A DNA stretch of 64,000 nucleotides from Rhizobiaceae bacterium (lineage in GTDB: Bacteria; Pseudomonadota; Alphaproteobacteria; Rhizobiales; Rhizobiaceae). Position numbers and translations under genes: made by a program. Of this stretch, positions 18,568 to 30,455 are shown piece after piece. The stretch lies in the NCBI GenBank assembly GCA_050184585.1, contig JBFXAF010000009.1:37695-101694 (forward strand), in the 5' to 3' direction. The notes below the pieces were generated by a model, which saw only the letters and a list, made by a program, of their open reading frames with translations, ran no database searches and was not told where the DNA came from. Each line of letters opens with the position of its first letter. The first letter of the stretch is position 1.

Positions 18568-18588
18568 GGCCCGGCGGCAAGCCGGGCC
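18568..18588 (+). terminator. intercistronic stem-loop after the SBP gene (attenuator/stabiliser)
   Basis: ggcccggc-ggcaa-gccgggcc, 9 nt after the potF stop. Confidence 0.4.
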
Positions 18589-18619
18589 TTTCCGCTTCGA
18601 GGGGTATGGCGGGGGTCAT

Positions 18620-19762
18620 ATGAAATCGCTGGGCAGCATCCGCAGGAGTTTCGCGCCGTGGACCGACCCCGGCGCGAAGCCTTACATCCGGTTCGAGAAC
18701 GTCACCAAGCGCTTCGGCGACTTCATCGCCGTCAACGACCTGTCGCTCAGCGTCTTCGAGCGCGAGTTCTTCGCGCTGCTCGGCGCTTCGGGCTGCGGCA
18801 AGTCGACCCTGCTGAGGATGCTCGCCGGCTTCGAGGCGCCGACCTCGGGCCGCATCCTGCTCGACGGGCAGGATCTGGCCGGAATCCCGCCCTACCGGCG
18901 ACCCGTCAACATGATGTTCCAGTCATACGCGCTGTTCCCGCACATGACGGTGGAGCAGAACATCGCCTTCGGGCTCAAGCAGGAAGGCATGCCTGCGCCC
19001 AAGGTCGCCGAACGCGTCGGCGAGATGCTGGAACTCGTCAAGCTGCAGCAGTTCTCCAAGCGCAAGCCTCACCAACTGTCCGGCGGTCAGCGCCAGCGCG
19101 TTGCGCTAGCGCGCTCGGTCGCCAAGCGGCCCAAGGTGCTGCTCCTCGACGAGCCGCTCGGCGCGCTGGACAAGAAGCTGCGCGAGGAAACGCAGTTCGA
19201 ACTGATGGACCTGCAGCAGGAACTCGGCCTCACCTTCATGGTCGTGACCCACGACCAGGAAGAGGCGATGACCATGGCCGATCGGATCGCCATCATGGAC
19301 AAAGGCAAGGTGATGCAGGTCGCCACGCCGGCGGAGGTCTACGAAGCGCCGAGTTCGCGCTTCGTCGCCGGTTTCGTCGGCAATGTGAACATGTTCGAGG
19401 GCAAGGTCGTGACACGCGACGAGCGCGGCGCCCACATTGCCGGCCCGAACGGCATGTCGATCCAGACCGTCAACCCGGGTGACTCGCAGGCCGGCGGCGA
19501 GGTGTCGTTCGCGATCCGGCCCGAGAAGATCAGGGTTTCCTCGAAACGCCCGGGCGACGCCAGCGTGAACGCCGTCGAGGGCGAGGTGTTCGACATCGCC
19601 TATCTCGGCGACATGACCGTCTATCACGTCAAGCTGAGGGACGGTCAGGTGGTCAGGGCGAGCACGATGAACAGCGCCCGGCTCGTCGAGGATGCGCTCA
19701 CCTGGCACGACCGCGCATGGGTCTCATTCGAGCCCGACGCCGGCGTCGTGCTGACGCGCTAG
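18620..19762 (+). CDS. potG: putrescine ABC transporter ATP-binding protein
   Basis: Walker A (GASGCGKST), ABC signature (LSGGQRQR), Walker B (LLLDEP). Confidence 0.9.
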   Translation: MKSLGSIRRSFAPWTDPGAKPYIRFENVTKRFGDFIAVNDLSLSVFEREFFALLGASGCGKSTLLRMLAGFEAPTSGRILLDGQDLAGIPPYRRPVNMMFQSYALFPHMTVEQNIAFGLKQEGMPAPKVAERVGEMLELVKLQQFSKRKPHQLSGGQRQRVALARSVAKRPKVLLLDEPLGALDKKLREETQFELMDLQQELGLTFMVVTHDQEEAMTMADRIAIMDKGKVMQVATPAEVYEAPSSRFVAGFVGNVNMFEGKVVTRDERGAHIAGPNGMSIQTVNPGDSQAGGEVSFAIRPEKIRVSSKRPGDASVNAVEGEVFDIAYLGDMTVYHVKLRDGQVVRASTMNSARLVEDALTWHDRAWVSFEPDAGVVLTR

Positions 19763-19771
19763 GGGACGGTG

Positions 19772-20746
19772 ATGGCGGACGCGGCGGTCGGAGCAGTGTC
19801 GAGGTCCCAGTCCACCGGGGCGCGGGGTACCGGTTTCTCGAAGACGGTCGCAGCGCTGTCGTCGCGCCTCGTCATTGTCGTGCCCTACCTGTGGCTCCTG
19901 GTGTTCTTCCTCATCCCCTTCGTCATCGTCTTCAAGATCTCGCTGTCGACGACGGCGATCGCCATGCCGCCCTACACGCCGACCTTCGACATATGGGGCG
20001 GGCTCGCCGGGCTCCGGGAAGCCTTCTCCGAACTTTCGCTCGACAACTACCTCTGGCTGGTCGACGATTCCCTCTACTTCAATGCATACGCATCCAGCGT
20101 GATCATCGCCGGGATATCGACCATCATCGCCCTGCTGGTCGGCTTTCCGCTCGCCTACGGCATGGCCCGTGCGCCGGCCTCGCTGAGGCCGACCTTGCTG
20201 ATGCTGGTGATCCTGCCGTTCTGGACGAGCTTCCTGATCCGGGTCTACGCCTGGATCGGCATCCTCAAGCCCGAAGGGCTGCTCAATCAGTTCCTGCTCG
20301 CCATGGGAGTGATCGACCAGCCGCTGCTCATCATGAACACGCATACGGCGATCTTCATCGGCATCGTGTATTCCTATCTGCCGTTCATGGTCCTGCCCCT
20401 GTACTCGTCGCTGGAGAAGATGGACTTCTCCCTGATCGAGGCGGCGCAGGACCTCGGCTGCACGCCGATTGCCGCGTTCTGGAAGATCACCTTCCCGCTG
20501 GCTCTGCCCGGCGTGCTTGCCGGCAGTCTGCTCGTCTTCATCCCCGCGGTCGGCGAGTTCGTCATACCCGACCTGCTCGGCGGCTCGCAGACCCTGATGA
20601 TAGGCAAGACGCTGTGGAACGAGTTCTTCGCGAACCGTGACTGGCCGGTTTCGTCGGCCGTCGCGATCATCCTGCTGCTGCTGCTGGTGGTGCCGATCAT
20701 GATCTTCCAGCACGCGCAGGCGCGCGCGCAGGAGCAGGCCCGATGA
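19772..20746 (+). CDS. potH: putrescine ABC transporter permease
   Basis: Polytopic permease. ATG at 19772; the track GTG is at 19769. Confidence 0.9.
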   Translation: MADAAVGAVSRSQSTGARGTGFSKTVAALSSRLVIVVPYLWLLVFFLIPFVIVFKISLSTTAIAMPPYTPTFDIWGGLAGLREAFSELSLDNYLWLVDDSLYFNAYASSVIIAGISTIIALLVGFPLAYGMARAPASLRPTLLMLVILPFWTSFLIRVYAWIGILKPEGLLNQFLLAMGVIDQPLLIMNTHTAIFIGIVYSYLPFMVLPLYSSLEKMDFSLIEAAQDLGCTPIAAFWKITFPLALPGVLAGSLLVFIPAVGEFVIPDLLGGSQTLMIGKTLWNEFFANRDWPVSSAVAIILLLLLVVPIMIFQHAQARAQEQAR

Positions 20747-21561
20747 ACGCCTCCTGGTCGCGTTTCAACATCGCCTCGATCGTGCTTGGCTTCGCTTTCC
20801 TGTACCTGCCGATCCTTCTCCTCGTGATCTACTCGTTCAACGAGTCGCGGCTTGTCACCGTCTGGGGCGGCTTCTCGACCAAATGGTACGTCGAGCTGTT
20901 TCGCAATCAGGGCCTGATGGACGCCGCCTGGGTGACGTTTCGCGTGGCGCTCGTGTCCGCCACGGTGGCCACGGCCCTCGGCACCATGGCCGCGCTGGCG
21001 CTGACCCGTTACACGCGCTTCCGAGGCCGCGTGCTGTTTTCCGGCATGGTGTTCGCGCCGCTAGTCATGCCCGAGGTAATCACCGGACTGTCGTTGCTGC
21101 TGCTGTTCGTGGCCATCGGGTTCGATCGCGGCTTCATGACCGTGACGCTCGCCCACATCACCTTCACGATGTGTTTCGTGGCCGTGGTCGTCCAGTCTCG
21201 CCTTGTCAGCTTCGACCGGTCGCTGGAGGAGGCGGCCATGGATCTCGGTGCGACGCCGGTGAAGACGTTCTTCCAGGTGACCTTGCCCGTGATCCTGCCG
21301 GCGGTGATCTCCGGATGGATGCTCGCCTTCACGCTTTCCCTCGACGATCTCGTCATTGCGAGCTTCACGTCGGGGCCCGGGGCGACGACCTTGCCGATGA
21401 AGATTTACAGCCAGGTGAGGCTCGGCGTCACGCCGGAGATCAATGCCGCCTGCACGATCCTCATCGGCGTCGTCGCCGTCGGCGTGATCGCGGCATCCAT
21501 CGTGAACAAGCGCCGCGAAGTTCAGCGCCAGCGCGACGAGCAGGCCGCATTCAGGAACTGA
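20743..21561 (+). CDS. potI: putrescine ABC transporter permease
   Basis: ATGA overlap with potH. 272 aa permease. Confidence 0.9.
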   Translation: MNASWSRFNIASIVLGFAFLYLPILLLVIYSFNESRLVTVWGGFSTKWYVELFRNQGLMDAAWVTFRVALVSATVATALGTMAALALTRYTRFRGRVLFSGMVFAPLVMPEVITGLSLLLLFVAIGFDRGFMTVTLAHITFTMCFVAVVVQSRLVSFDRSLEEAAMDLGATPVKTFFQVTLPVILPAVISGWMLAFTLSLDDLVIASFTSGPGATTLPMKIYSQVRLGVTPEINAACTILIGVVAVGVIAASIVNKRREVQRQRDEQAAFRN

Positions 21562-21571
21562 CGAGCCATTC

Positions 21572-21814
21572 TCAGGCGCGCGGCGGCCTGAGCAGGTAGA
21601 CGACCAGCCAGATCGGCACGATCACCATCGAGCCGAGCACGAGGTTGGGAATCGCCCAGGTTGCGCCGCGCTCCAGGAGCCCGAGCACGTTCTCGGGCGT
21701 CATCCCGATCTCGTTGAGGATATCCGCGGCCTGGATGTCCAACGCCGAGAGGCCCGCCCCGGTGATCAGCGAGACGAGCGCCAGCTTCAAAGCCGCCGAC
21801 AGCACCCTGAGCAA
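21572..21814 (-). CDS. small integral membrane protein (DUF6460-like)
   Basis: TTG start preceded by AAGGGGAAG. Two hydrophobic helices. The family name is from memory only. Confidence 0.5.
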   Translation of the reverse strand: MLRVLSAALKLALVSLITGAGLSALDIQAADILNEIGMTPENVLGLLERGATWAIPNLVLGSMVIVPIWLVVYLLRPPRA

Positions 21815-21923
21815 CCGCTTCCCCTTTGGCCGCTCAGGCGAACCTATCGCGATTCGCGCCGTGGATGTACCGCTGTCGGAAAAAGCCTTCGGCGAGACAA
21901 TCGCTCCGGGCGGCGAAGCCGTC

Positions 21924-23747
21924 CTATTGGGGCGGCAGATCCGGTGGAACCGCCGTCACGTAGGGCGACCGCCAGGATCCGCCGACGAAGAACCCGAGCT
22001 CCGGCGTCCAACTCGTGGCCGCCGCGCCCTGCGTCCGGGCGAGCACGTCGCCGCTAAGGGCAAGGCCCCCGTCCGGAAACGGCACCAGCCCGGTGAGCAT
22101 GACGACCCGGTCCGCCATCCTGAGTTCGGCCTTCTGAATGCGCGCCACTCCATTGTCGACGGTTGCCGCGACGTCGCCGCCGCCGATCGACACGGTCCCC
22201 TGCCTGAGATCGGCAAGCGGGAAGAATCCCGCGCTTTGCATGCGATCGAGGAACGTCGCGATATCGAAACCGGCGACGGCGCCCTCCCCGAAACTCGCCG
22301 TCACGCTTCCCGACAGGCCCGCGACCAGTTCGTCCCATGTCCGAGCGGGCCCCTTCAGCGTCGCGGACACACGGGTCCGGGCCGCGGGAACCAGCCAGTC
22401 CCAGCCGAGCGCCGACGCCAGCGCGACGCCATCGAGGTCTTCCCCGATGAACCTGATCTCGGCGCTGTCACCGCCGGGGCGCCGGTCGAAGCGGATGCCT
22501 GCCTGGATGGCGCCGCCGAACGCCGAAGCGTCGGAGATGTCGAACATGACGAGTTCCTCCTTCACCTGGATCGTCGCGGCGATGTCGGTGAGGGGCGCCG
22601 AACCGATCGACGCGGCGGCCGCCGACAGGCGGATGTCGAGGGCGGCGCGGTCGGCGAAGATGGTGTCGACCGATCCGGTCGGGGGCGCGCCGCCCGGCGA
22701 AAGGGCGGAAAGGAACGATCCGAAGTCCAGCGACCCGAACGCAAGCGTTCCGGACACCGAAGGCACCTTGCCCGCAAGCGAAACCTCGAGCACGCCTTCA
22801 CCCGGCTTGCCGTCGAGCACGACCTCCGCATTGGAAAGCTTGAGGCGACGAGCGTCGCCGGCGATCGCGGCCGAAACCGCGATCGATCCTGGTCCCTTGC
22901 CGGAGATCGGACGCCCCGACCATTCGAGCATCCGCCCGAGCGAAGGCGTCGCGACGGAGAGATCGCCCTCGACGAAAGCCTGCGCTCCACCGCTGGCGCG
23001 CCCGGTGAATGACGCGCGGATCGGCGCGGCGTCGAGGCCGAGCTGAAGTTCGCTGGCGCCACCGCCGAGGAGGAGAAGGAACTGCTGCGCGGAGAAGGAG
23101 GCGTTCACGTTCTCGCCGCGCCAGATTCCCGAGGCGCTCATGCGTGCGGCGCGGTTGAGAGCAGGCCATTCGAGGCTTCCCGTGATGCCGGTCGCGATCT
23201 CGCCGCCAGCGCCATCGACAACGCGCCCGTCAGCAAACTCGACGCGACCGAACGGGTCATCCGGCAGCGCGCCGCGATCCGGATTCGCCGAGTCGTCGGC
23301 AACGGCCGCGCGCGCGGATGCGACGGCATGGGCGAGCCGCCCGCCTTCGGGAAGCGGGGGCATCCGCGAGTTCGCCCCGCTGCTGGACCAGTGGACCGTT
23401 GGGCGCACGAGGCGCGCATTGGAGAAGACCACATGGCCGAACAGCGCCTCGAGCGCCGACAACTCCGCGTCGATGCGCTCCACCGCCAGGACCGGACGTC
23501 GTTCCGGATCGTTCCATGCCGAGAAACGGACATCGTAGAGTTCGGTGCGAAAGGATGGCCAGAGAGCAAGCTGCGGGTCGGCTCCGAGTTCGACGCGGTA
23601 CCCGCTCCAAGCGCTGAGCTCGAGGGCGATGCGGTTGCGCACGATCTGGGTCGAGGCGGCATAGGGGAGGAGGAGCACGACCGCGACCGCCAGCACGAAG
23701 GCGCCGGCCGCAAACCACAATCCTTTCCTGACGGCCCCAGACCGCAT
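21924..23747 (-). CDS. AsmA family outer-membrane biogenesis protein
   Basis: N-terminal TM anchor (MRSGAVRKGLWFAAGAFVLAVAVVLLL) followed by a long beta-rich region typical of AsmA. An alternative start lies at 23795. Confidence 0.75.
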   Translation of the reverse strand: MRSGAVRKGLWFAAGAFVLAVAVVLLLPYAASTQIVRNRIALELSAWSGYRVELGADPQLALWPSFRTELYDVRFSAWNDPERRPVLAVERIDAELSALEALFGHVVFSNARLVRPTVHWSSSGANSRMPPLPEGGRLAHAVASARAAVADDSANPDRGALPDDPFGRVEFADGRVVDGAGGEIATGITGSLEWPALNRAARMSASGIWRGENVNASFSAQQFLLLLGGGASELQLGLDAAPIRASFTGRASGGAQAFVEGDLSVATPSLGRMLEWSGRPISGKGPGSIAVSAAIAGDARRLKLSNAEVVLDGKPGEGVLEVSLAGKVPSVSGTLAFGSLDFGSFLSALSPGGAPPTGSVDTIFADRAALDIRLSAAAASIGSAPLTDIAATIQVKEELVMFDISDASAFGGAIQAGIRFDRRPGGDSAEIRFIGEDLDGVALASALGWDWLVPAARTRVSATLKGPARTWDELVAGLSGSVTASFGEGAVAGFDIATFLDRMQSAGFFPLADLRQGTVSIGGGDVAATVDNGVARIQKAELRMADRVVMLTGLVPFPDGGLALSGDVLARTQGAAATSWTPELGFFVGGSWRSPYVTAVPPDLPPQ

Positions 23748-23926
23748 CGCGTCAGCCCCTGGTCCGGAATGGCTTTCCCGCCTGCCCCGCACCACACCTT
23801 GGTATCCAAGCCGCCAGCCATTTCAAGCCTTTGTGGCTTGCGAATGGCGGTGGCTGAACCGCCGCGGTCAGATATTGCCATGCCGCAGCGCAGCATGCAT
23901 AAACCGCGCGCGACCGGAGGACCCCC

Positions 23927-25882
<1,956 letters not shown>

Positions 25883-26134
25883 CGACGCCCAGCCCCACTC
25901 ACCGGGCGTCGACGCGCTTCGGAGCGCCGCTCGGTCTTGGTTAACGAGCGGTGACCGGGAAATTTACCTCGATTTCAGAGGTGGTACACTTTGGTAAAGA
26001 ACGTCGCTTCCAGGTAAGGACTTGTTAACGGAGCGGGCCTGATAGTCCCACGCAACTTGAGGGAGAAATCCCGCTCCTCCGAAGCCCCCGGAGCGCAGTT
26101 TCGCTCAAGCCCGTTGTCACAGCATCTCAATTTG

Positions 26135-26162
26135 AAGGCGCCTTTCCGGCGCCTTTTTCTTT
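26135..26162 (+). terminator. rho-independent terminator with no ORF to serve (candidate sRNA 3' end; may also act for LysR on the minus strand)
   Basis: aaggcgcc-tttcc-ggcgcctt followed by tttcttt, about 250 nt downstream of the synthetase stop. Confidence 0.6.
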
Positions 26163-26175
26163 GGTTGCGCGAAAC

Positions 26176-27150
26176 CTACCAGACCGCCGCGAACTTGGAC
26201 TGCTTCTGCTTGCGGCCGCGCTGCAACGCGACGCCGTCGAAGTCGAAGCCGCCGGTCTCCTCACTCACGGGAGCGGAAATGTTGTCCAGGCTCTCGGTGA
26301 TGTGACGGGCGAGCGCGTCCACGATCTCCGACTGTGTCGAGTGCCCCCGCAGGATGCCGATGCGGATATCCGGCAGGAGCCCGAAGCCATCGGCCTCGCC
26401 GAGCACGCGCATGCCCGGCCGCAACGCGCATTCCGGCAGGACCGAAACCGCCAGTCCCGACAGCACGGCTGCGGTGATGACGGTCGCCGACCAACTGGTG
26501 AAGAGGATGCGGTGTTCCCTGTTCATCCGGTGCAGTTCATCGGTCGCCCAGCGCCGCCATTGGCAGGTCGGGCGCCCGAACGCCATCGGCAGGACGTCCT
26601 CCTCGTGGACCAGATGGTTGGCCGACGAGACCCACAGGAGCGGCTCGCGCCGGACGATCTCCGGCGGGCGCACGTCTTCGCACTGGGTGACGAGCGCGAT
26701 GTCGAGGTTGCCGCGCCGGATGTGTTCGGCGAGGTTGGATGTCGGCTCGCATAGCACCGAGAGCTCAACCCGGGGATTGGAGCGGGCGAAGCGCGCCATG
26801 ATCTCCGGCAGGAAGCGGTCGGCATAGTCGTCGGGCGTGCCGATGCGGACATGACCCTCGAGGCTGCGGTCGTCGAAGGCGGCGAGGGTCTCGCGATTCA
26901 GCCGGATCATCCGCCGCGCATAGATCAGCAGCTTCTCGCCTTCCTCGGTGAGCCTGTTGCTGCGCCCGTCCTTGACGAAGAGGGCCTTGCCGATCCGCTC
27001 TTCCAGCCGGCGCATCTGCATGGAGACCGCCGACTGGGTGCGGTGAACCTGGTCCGCGGCGCGGGTGAAGCTGCCAGTGTCGGCGATCGACATGAAGGTC
27101 TGGAGCTGGTCGAGGTCGAGCGGCGCGCCCATGGCATCCTCATTCATCAT
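26176..27150 (-). CDS. LysR family transcriptional regulator
   Basis: N-terminal LysR HTH (LDQLQTFMSIADTGSFTRAADQVHRTQSAVSMQMRRLE). Confidence 0.9.
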   Translation of the reverse strand: MMNEDAMGAPLDLDQLQTFMSIADTGSFTRAADQVHRTQSAVSMQMRRLEERIGKALFVKDGRSNRLTEEGEKLLIYARRMIRLNRETLAAFDDRSLEGHVRIGTPDDYADRFLPEIMARFARSNPRVELSVLCEPTSNLAEHIRRGNLDIALVTQCEDVRPPEIVRREPLLWVSSANHLVHEEDVLPMAFGRPTCQWRRWATDELHRMNREHRILFTSWSATVITAAVLSGLAVSVLPECALRPGMRVLGEADGFGLLPDIRIGILRGHSTQSEIVDALARHITESLDNISAPVSEETGGFDFDGVALQRGRKQKQSKFAAVW

Positions 27151-27309
27151 CAGCGATGATGCATAGGATTAAAAACATTCGTTGGACTAATCAATAGGCG
27201 CGTCGCATTCTGACATCGTTCACAGGAACGGCGACGAGTCCGGACCGGTGGCCGCGTTCCTCCAGCGCGGCCCGCCACCCTCGCGCGCCGTCCGGAAAGG
27301 AGACATGTC

Positions 27310-27597
27310 ATGACTATGCTCGACCGCATCACGATCACTCCCGCCTCCCGACTCCCGGCCATCGTGTCGCGCGTAGCCACCGTGGCCGTGAACGCCTGGC
27401 GTGTCCTGAAAAATCGGCGAGAGTTCCACCGCCTCGGCATGCTCAGCGATTCCGAACTCGCCGACATCGGCCTGCGTCGCGTCGATCTGCATGCTGCTTC
27501 GGGATTTTCCCTCTTCCGGGATCCGACCGAGCAACTCGGAGCCATTGCCACGGCGCGCTCATGGGGCGGCGAGGACGCCGCCCGCAGGGTGTGCTGA
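27310..27597 (+). CDS. DUF1127 domain protein
   Basis: Motif RREFHRLGMLSDSELADIGLRRVDL is typical of DUF1127. Divergent from the LysR gene. Confidence 0.8.
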   Translation: MTMLDRITITPASRLPAIVSRVATVAVNAWRVLKNRREFHRLGMLSDSELADIGLRRVDLHAASGFSLFRDPTEQLGAIATARSWGGEDAARRVC

Positions 27598-27655
27598 ACA
27601 AAAAAGCAGGCGGTTCCCCCAAACCCCGCCGGTTCCCCCGGCTTGCCTGCGCACT

Positions 27656-27685
27656 GGCCCGGTCCGACCACGGACCGGGCCTTTT
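27656..27685 (+). terminator. rho-independent terminator after the DUF1127 gene
   Basis: ggcccggtccg-acca-cggaccgggcc followed by tttt. Confidence 0.6.
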
Positions 27686-27747
27686 CGCGTGTGCCGAACC
27701 CTCCGCTCGGCGGGGGCGGCCTGATGGCAGGAGATGGAGAGGTGAAT

Positions 27748-27888
27748 TCAGCGAGCTGCCGCGGTGACGCCGTAGCCGTCGACGACCGCGTGGCCCGTCG
27801 CCGCGTCGGCGGCGTAGATGCCGATGCCGCAGACGACGATCGCGGAGAGCATGGCGAAGGAGAGCAGTGCGGCTTTCACGGGGGTCAT
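27748..27888 (-). CDS. unlisted 46-aa ORF, predicted small membrane/secreted peptide
   Basis: Manual translation: MTPVKAALLSFAMLSAIVVCGIGIYAADAATGHAVVDGYGVTAAAR. It has high GC3 and is below the ORF-track size cutoff. Confidence 0.35.
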   Translation of the reverse strand: MTPVKAALLSFAMLSAIVVCGIGIYAADAATGHAVVDGYGVTAAAR

Positions 27889-28105
27889 CTCGGTTAACGC
27901 TTGGTCTCGATTACAACAGGACGGTTACCGATCGGTTCCACCCTCGCTGCGGCGCCTTCGTAGAACCGTCGTATAACGGATCGATGGCGGCGCGGGGCGA
28001 AAGGAACCGCAGCGCGCGATTCACTATCCGGGTTCACCGTGGGCTGCCATCGGGTCAGCGAACTCCTACTGGGATTGTCGGCAAGCGTTGCCCGGATGCC
28101 ACGCT

Positions 28106-28816
28106 TCAGACGACGGCCACCCAAGCCCTCGCAATGGCGAGACCGGATGCGTCGGCCTCCGCACCCCAGCGTTCCGCCTCGACGGCGCGCCGCTCGTTCC
28201 AGCCCGGCTGGCGCTCGGCCAGCCATTCGGGGAAGGCGCGGCTCCATTCGTCGACCAGCGTCCGGTCGGCTTCGAAATGGAACTGCATGCCATAGGCCGC
28301 CCGGCCGATGCGGTAGGCCTGATTGGCCACGACCGTGCCCGTGGCGAGACGCGTTGCGCCAGGCGGCAGGGTGAAGGTGTCGTCGTGCCACTGGAAGGTG
28401 CGGAACGTGCGGGGCAAGGCCCCGAGCACGGGGTCGTCGGTCGCCGTGTCATCCAGCCCGACCTCCTGCCAGCCGAATTCGCTCGCCCCGCCGATCTGGT
28501 TGGATCCGCCGAAGGCCCGGGCCATCAACTGGCTGCCGAGGCAGATGCCCAGCAGCGCCCGGTCGCGCCGCTCGATGTCCCGCATCAGGTCGAGCAAGGC
28601 GGGAATCCAGGGCGAGCCGGCATCGTCCAGCGCGTGCTGGCCGCCGCCGAGAACGACGGCGCCGTCATGGCCGGACGCGTCGGCGGGTAAAGCCTCGCCT
28701 TTCTGGGCGCGGACGAAGTCGATCGCATGGCCGGCTTCCACCAGCGCGCGTTCGACCTGGCCGAGGCCGGTGTTGTCGTAGTTCTGCACGACCAGCACAC
28801 GCTTGCGCGCCATCAT
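28106..28816 (-). CDS. class I glutamine amidotransferase-like protein
   Basis: Start MMARKRVLVV at 28816. Nucleophile elbow LGICLGSQLMA and a QFHFE His-Glu motif. Confidence 0.8.
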   Translation of the reverse strand: MMARKRVLVVQNYDNTGLGQVERALVEAGHAIDFVRAQKGEALPADASGHDGAVVLGGGQHALDDAGSPWIPALLDLMRDIERRDRALLGICLGSQLMARAFGGSNQIGGASEFGWQEVGLDDTATDDPVLGALPRTFRTFQWHDDTFTLPPGATRLATGTVVANQAYRIGRAAYGMQFHFEADRTLVDEWSRAFPEWLAERQPGWNERRAVEAERWGAEADASGLAIARAWVAVV

Positions 28817-28877
28817 GTCCCTCTCCAGACTGCCGGCTGGATACCATGCCGGGACGCAGGCCGGAACGGGAGGATAT

Positions 28878-29531
28878 ATGACGCTGCAGAACCGGGTCGA
28901 CCCGTTCGGCCGCATCGTCGCCGATCCGGCGCGCGGCATGTTCACCGGCAATCGCGGCATCATCCATGACCCGTCGACGAGGACGCTCTTGCGGAAACGC
29001 TGGTCGACGCCGCACTGGATCATCTGCGCATGCCGCTACAAGGATCGCCCGCCCCGCGACGTGATGGGCTACAACCCTCGCGGCGGATCGAAGGCCGGAT
29101 GGACGGAACTCTTCTTCCTCGACGAGCCGACGGCGCTCGCCACGGGGCACCGGCCCTGCTTCAACTGCCGGCGCGAACGGGCGAAGGATTTCATCGGCCT
29201 GTTCGCGGCGACGTCTGGCATCGCCGCGCCCAAGGTGAACGACCTCGACCGGCGGCTGCATGCCGAGCGGCTGGCGTCGGGCGGGAAACCACCGGTGATC
29301 GCCGGAAAGGAGCTCAGGAAGCTGCCCGACGGGGCGTTCGTCGGGATTGGGGAAAGGGCCTTCGCCGTAAAAAGGAGCAGGCTGCTGCCGTGGAAGTTCA
29401 AGGAGTACGAAGCGTCGATCGCGTTCGCCGACCGGCCGGTCTTCCCGATCCTTCTGCTGACGCCTTCAACCACGGTCGAGGTGCTGCGGGCAGGGTACCG
29501 GCCGGAGTGGCATGCGAGCGCCTTCGCTTGA
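28878..29531 (+). CDS. conserved-looking hypothetical protein with CxC...HxxCxxC cluster
   Basis: ATG 28878 preceded by GGGAGGA. 217 aa. Cys cluster: IICAC ... GHRPCFNC. Confidence 0.6.
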   Translation: MTLQNRVDPFGRIVADPARGMFTGNRGIIHDPSTRTLLRKRWSTPHWIICACRYKDRPPRDVMGYNPRGGSKAGWTELFFLDEPTALATGHRPCFNCRRERAKDFIGLFAATSGIAAPKVNDLDRRLHAERLASGGKPPVIAGKELRKLPDGAFVGIGERAFAVKRSRLLPWKFKEYEASIAFADRPVFPILLLTPSTTVEVLRAGYRPEWHASAFA

Positions 29532-29562
29532 CGAGTCGCCCGCCCGCGCGCATTCGTCCGCC

Positions 29563-30297
29563 ATGCGCGCGAACTACAGGATGCAGCGGCTTTTCGTTGA
29601 CGTCGACCTCGCGGCCGGCCTGCCGGTCGAGGCGAGCCCGACGCAGAGCCATTACTTGGCCAACGTCCTGAGGCTGGCGGAGGGCGCGGAACTGCTTGTC
29701 TTCAACGGCCGCGACGGCGAGTGGCTGGCGCGCGTCGCGGCGCGATCGAAGAAAGCGGTTCGGCTGGAGGCGGTCGAGCAGGTGCGTCCACAGCCGCCGC
29801 AGCCCGACCTCGTCTACGCGTTCGCGCCGCTGAAGGCGGGACGCCTCGACTATCTGGTTCAGAAGGCGGTGGAGATGGGGGCCGGCGTGCTCCAGCCGGT
29901 CGTCACCCAGCACACGCAGGTGGCCAAGCCCGGCACCGACCGGGTCAGGTCGAATGCGATCGAGGCGGCCGAACAGTGCGGCGTGCTGGCGATCCCGGAG
30001 ACGCGCGAGCCGGTGAGGCTGGAAAAGCTGCTCGCCGGCTGGGAGAAGGACCGCCGGCTGATCTTCTGCGACGAGGATGCGTCCACCAACAACCCGTTGC
30101 CCGCATTGCAGGCGATCAAAGAAAGTAAGCTTGGCCTGCTTGTCGGTCCCGAGGGGGGCTTCTCGGACGATGAGCGCCGGCAGCTTCGGGCGCTGCCGTT
30201 CGTGACCGCGATACCGCTCGGGTCCCGCATCCTGCGCGCCGACACGGCGGCGGTTGCCGCATTGGCGCTGATCCAGGCGACCGTCGGCGACTGGTAG
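29563..30297 (+). CDS. rsmE: 16S rRNA (uracil1498-N3)-methyltransferase
   Basis: 244 aa with RsmE-typical features (RLFVD..., [24 protein letters not shown]). Confidence 0.85.
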   Translation: MRANYRMQRLFVDVDLAAGLPVEASPTQSHYLANVLRLAEGAELLVFNGRDGEWLARVAARSKKAVRLEAVEQVRPQPPQPDLVYAFAPLKAGRLDYLVQKAVEMGAGVLQPVVTQHTQVAKPGTDRVRSNAIEAAEQCGVLAIPETREPVRLEKLLAGWEKDRRLIFCDEDASTNNPLPALQAIKESKLGLLVGPEGGFSDDERRQLRALPFVTAIPLGSRILRADTAAVAALALIQATVGDW

Positions 30298-30371
30298 ACG
30301 GTCGCTCGACTCTCCCAATCGTCGCCGCTCGTCTTGACTCCCGAAATCCGTCCGCCTATCTGCACGTCGCG

Positions 30372-30398
30372 TTAGCACTCCGGTTTAGTGAGTGCTAA
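30372..30398. promoter_or_regulatory. CIRCE operator (HrcA binding site)
   Basis: TTAGCACTC-N9-GAGTGCTAA, a perfect match to the consensus, 58 nt upstream of groES. Confidence 0.95.
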
Positions 30399-30455
30399 CA
30401 GTCCGGCCAGCCGGACGTCAGATTACCAGAAGATATGCATCGAGGATCCACGAAG

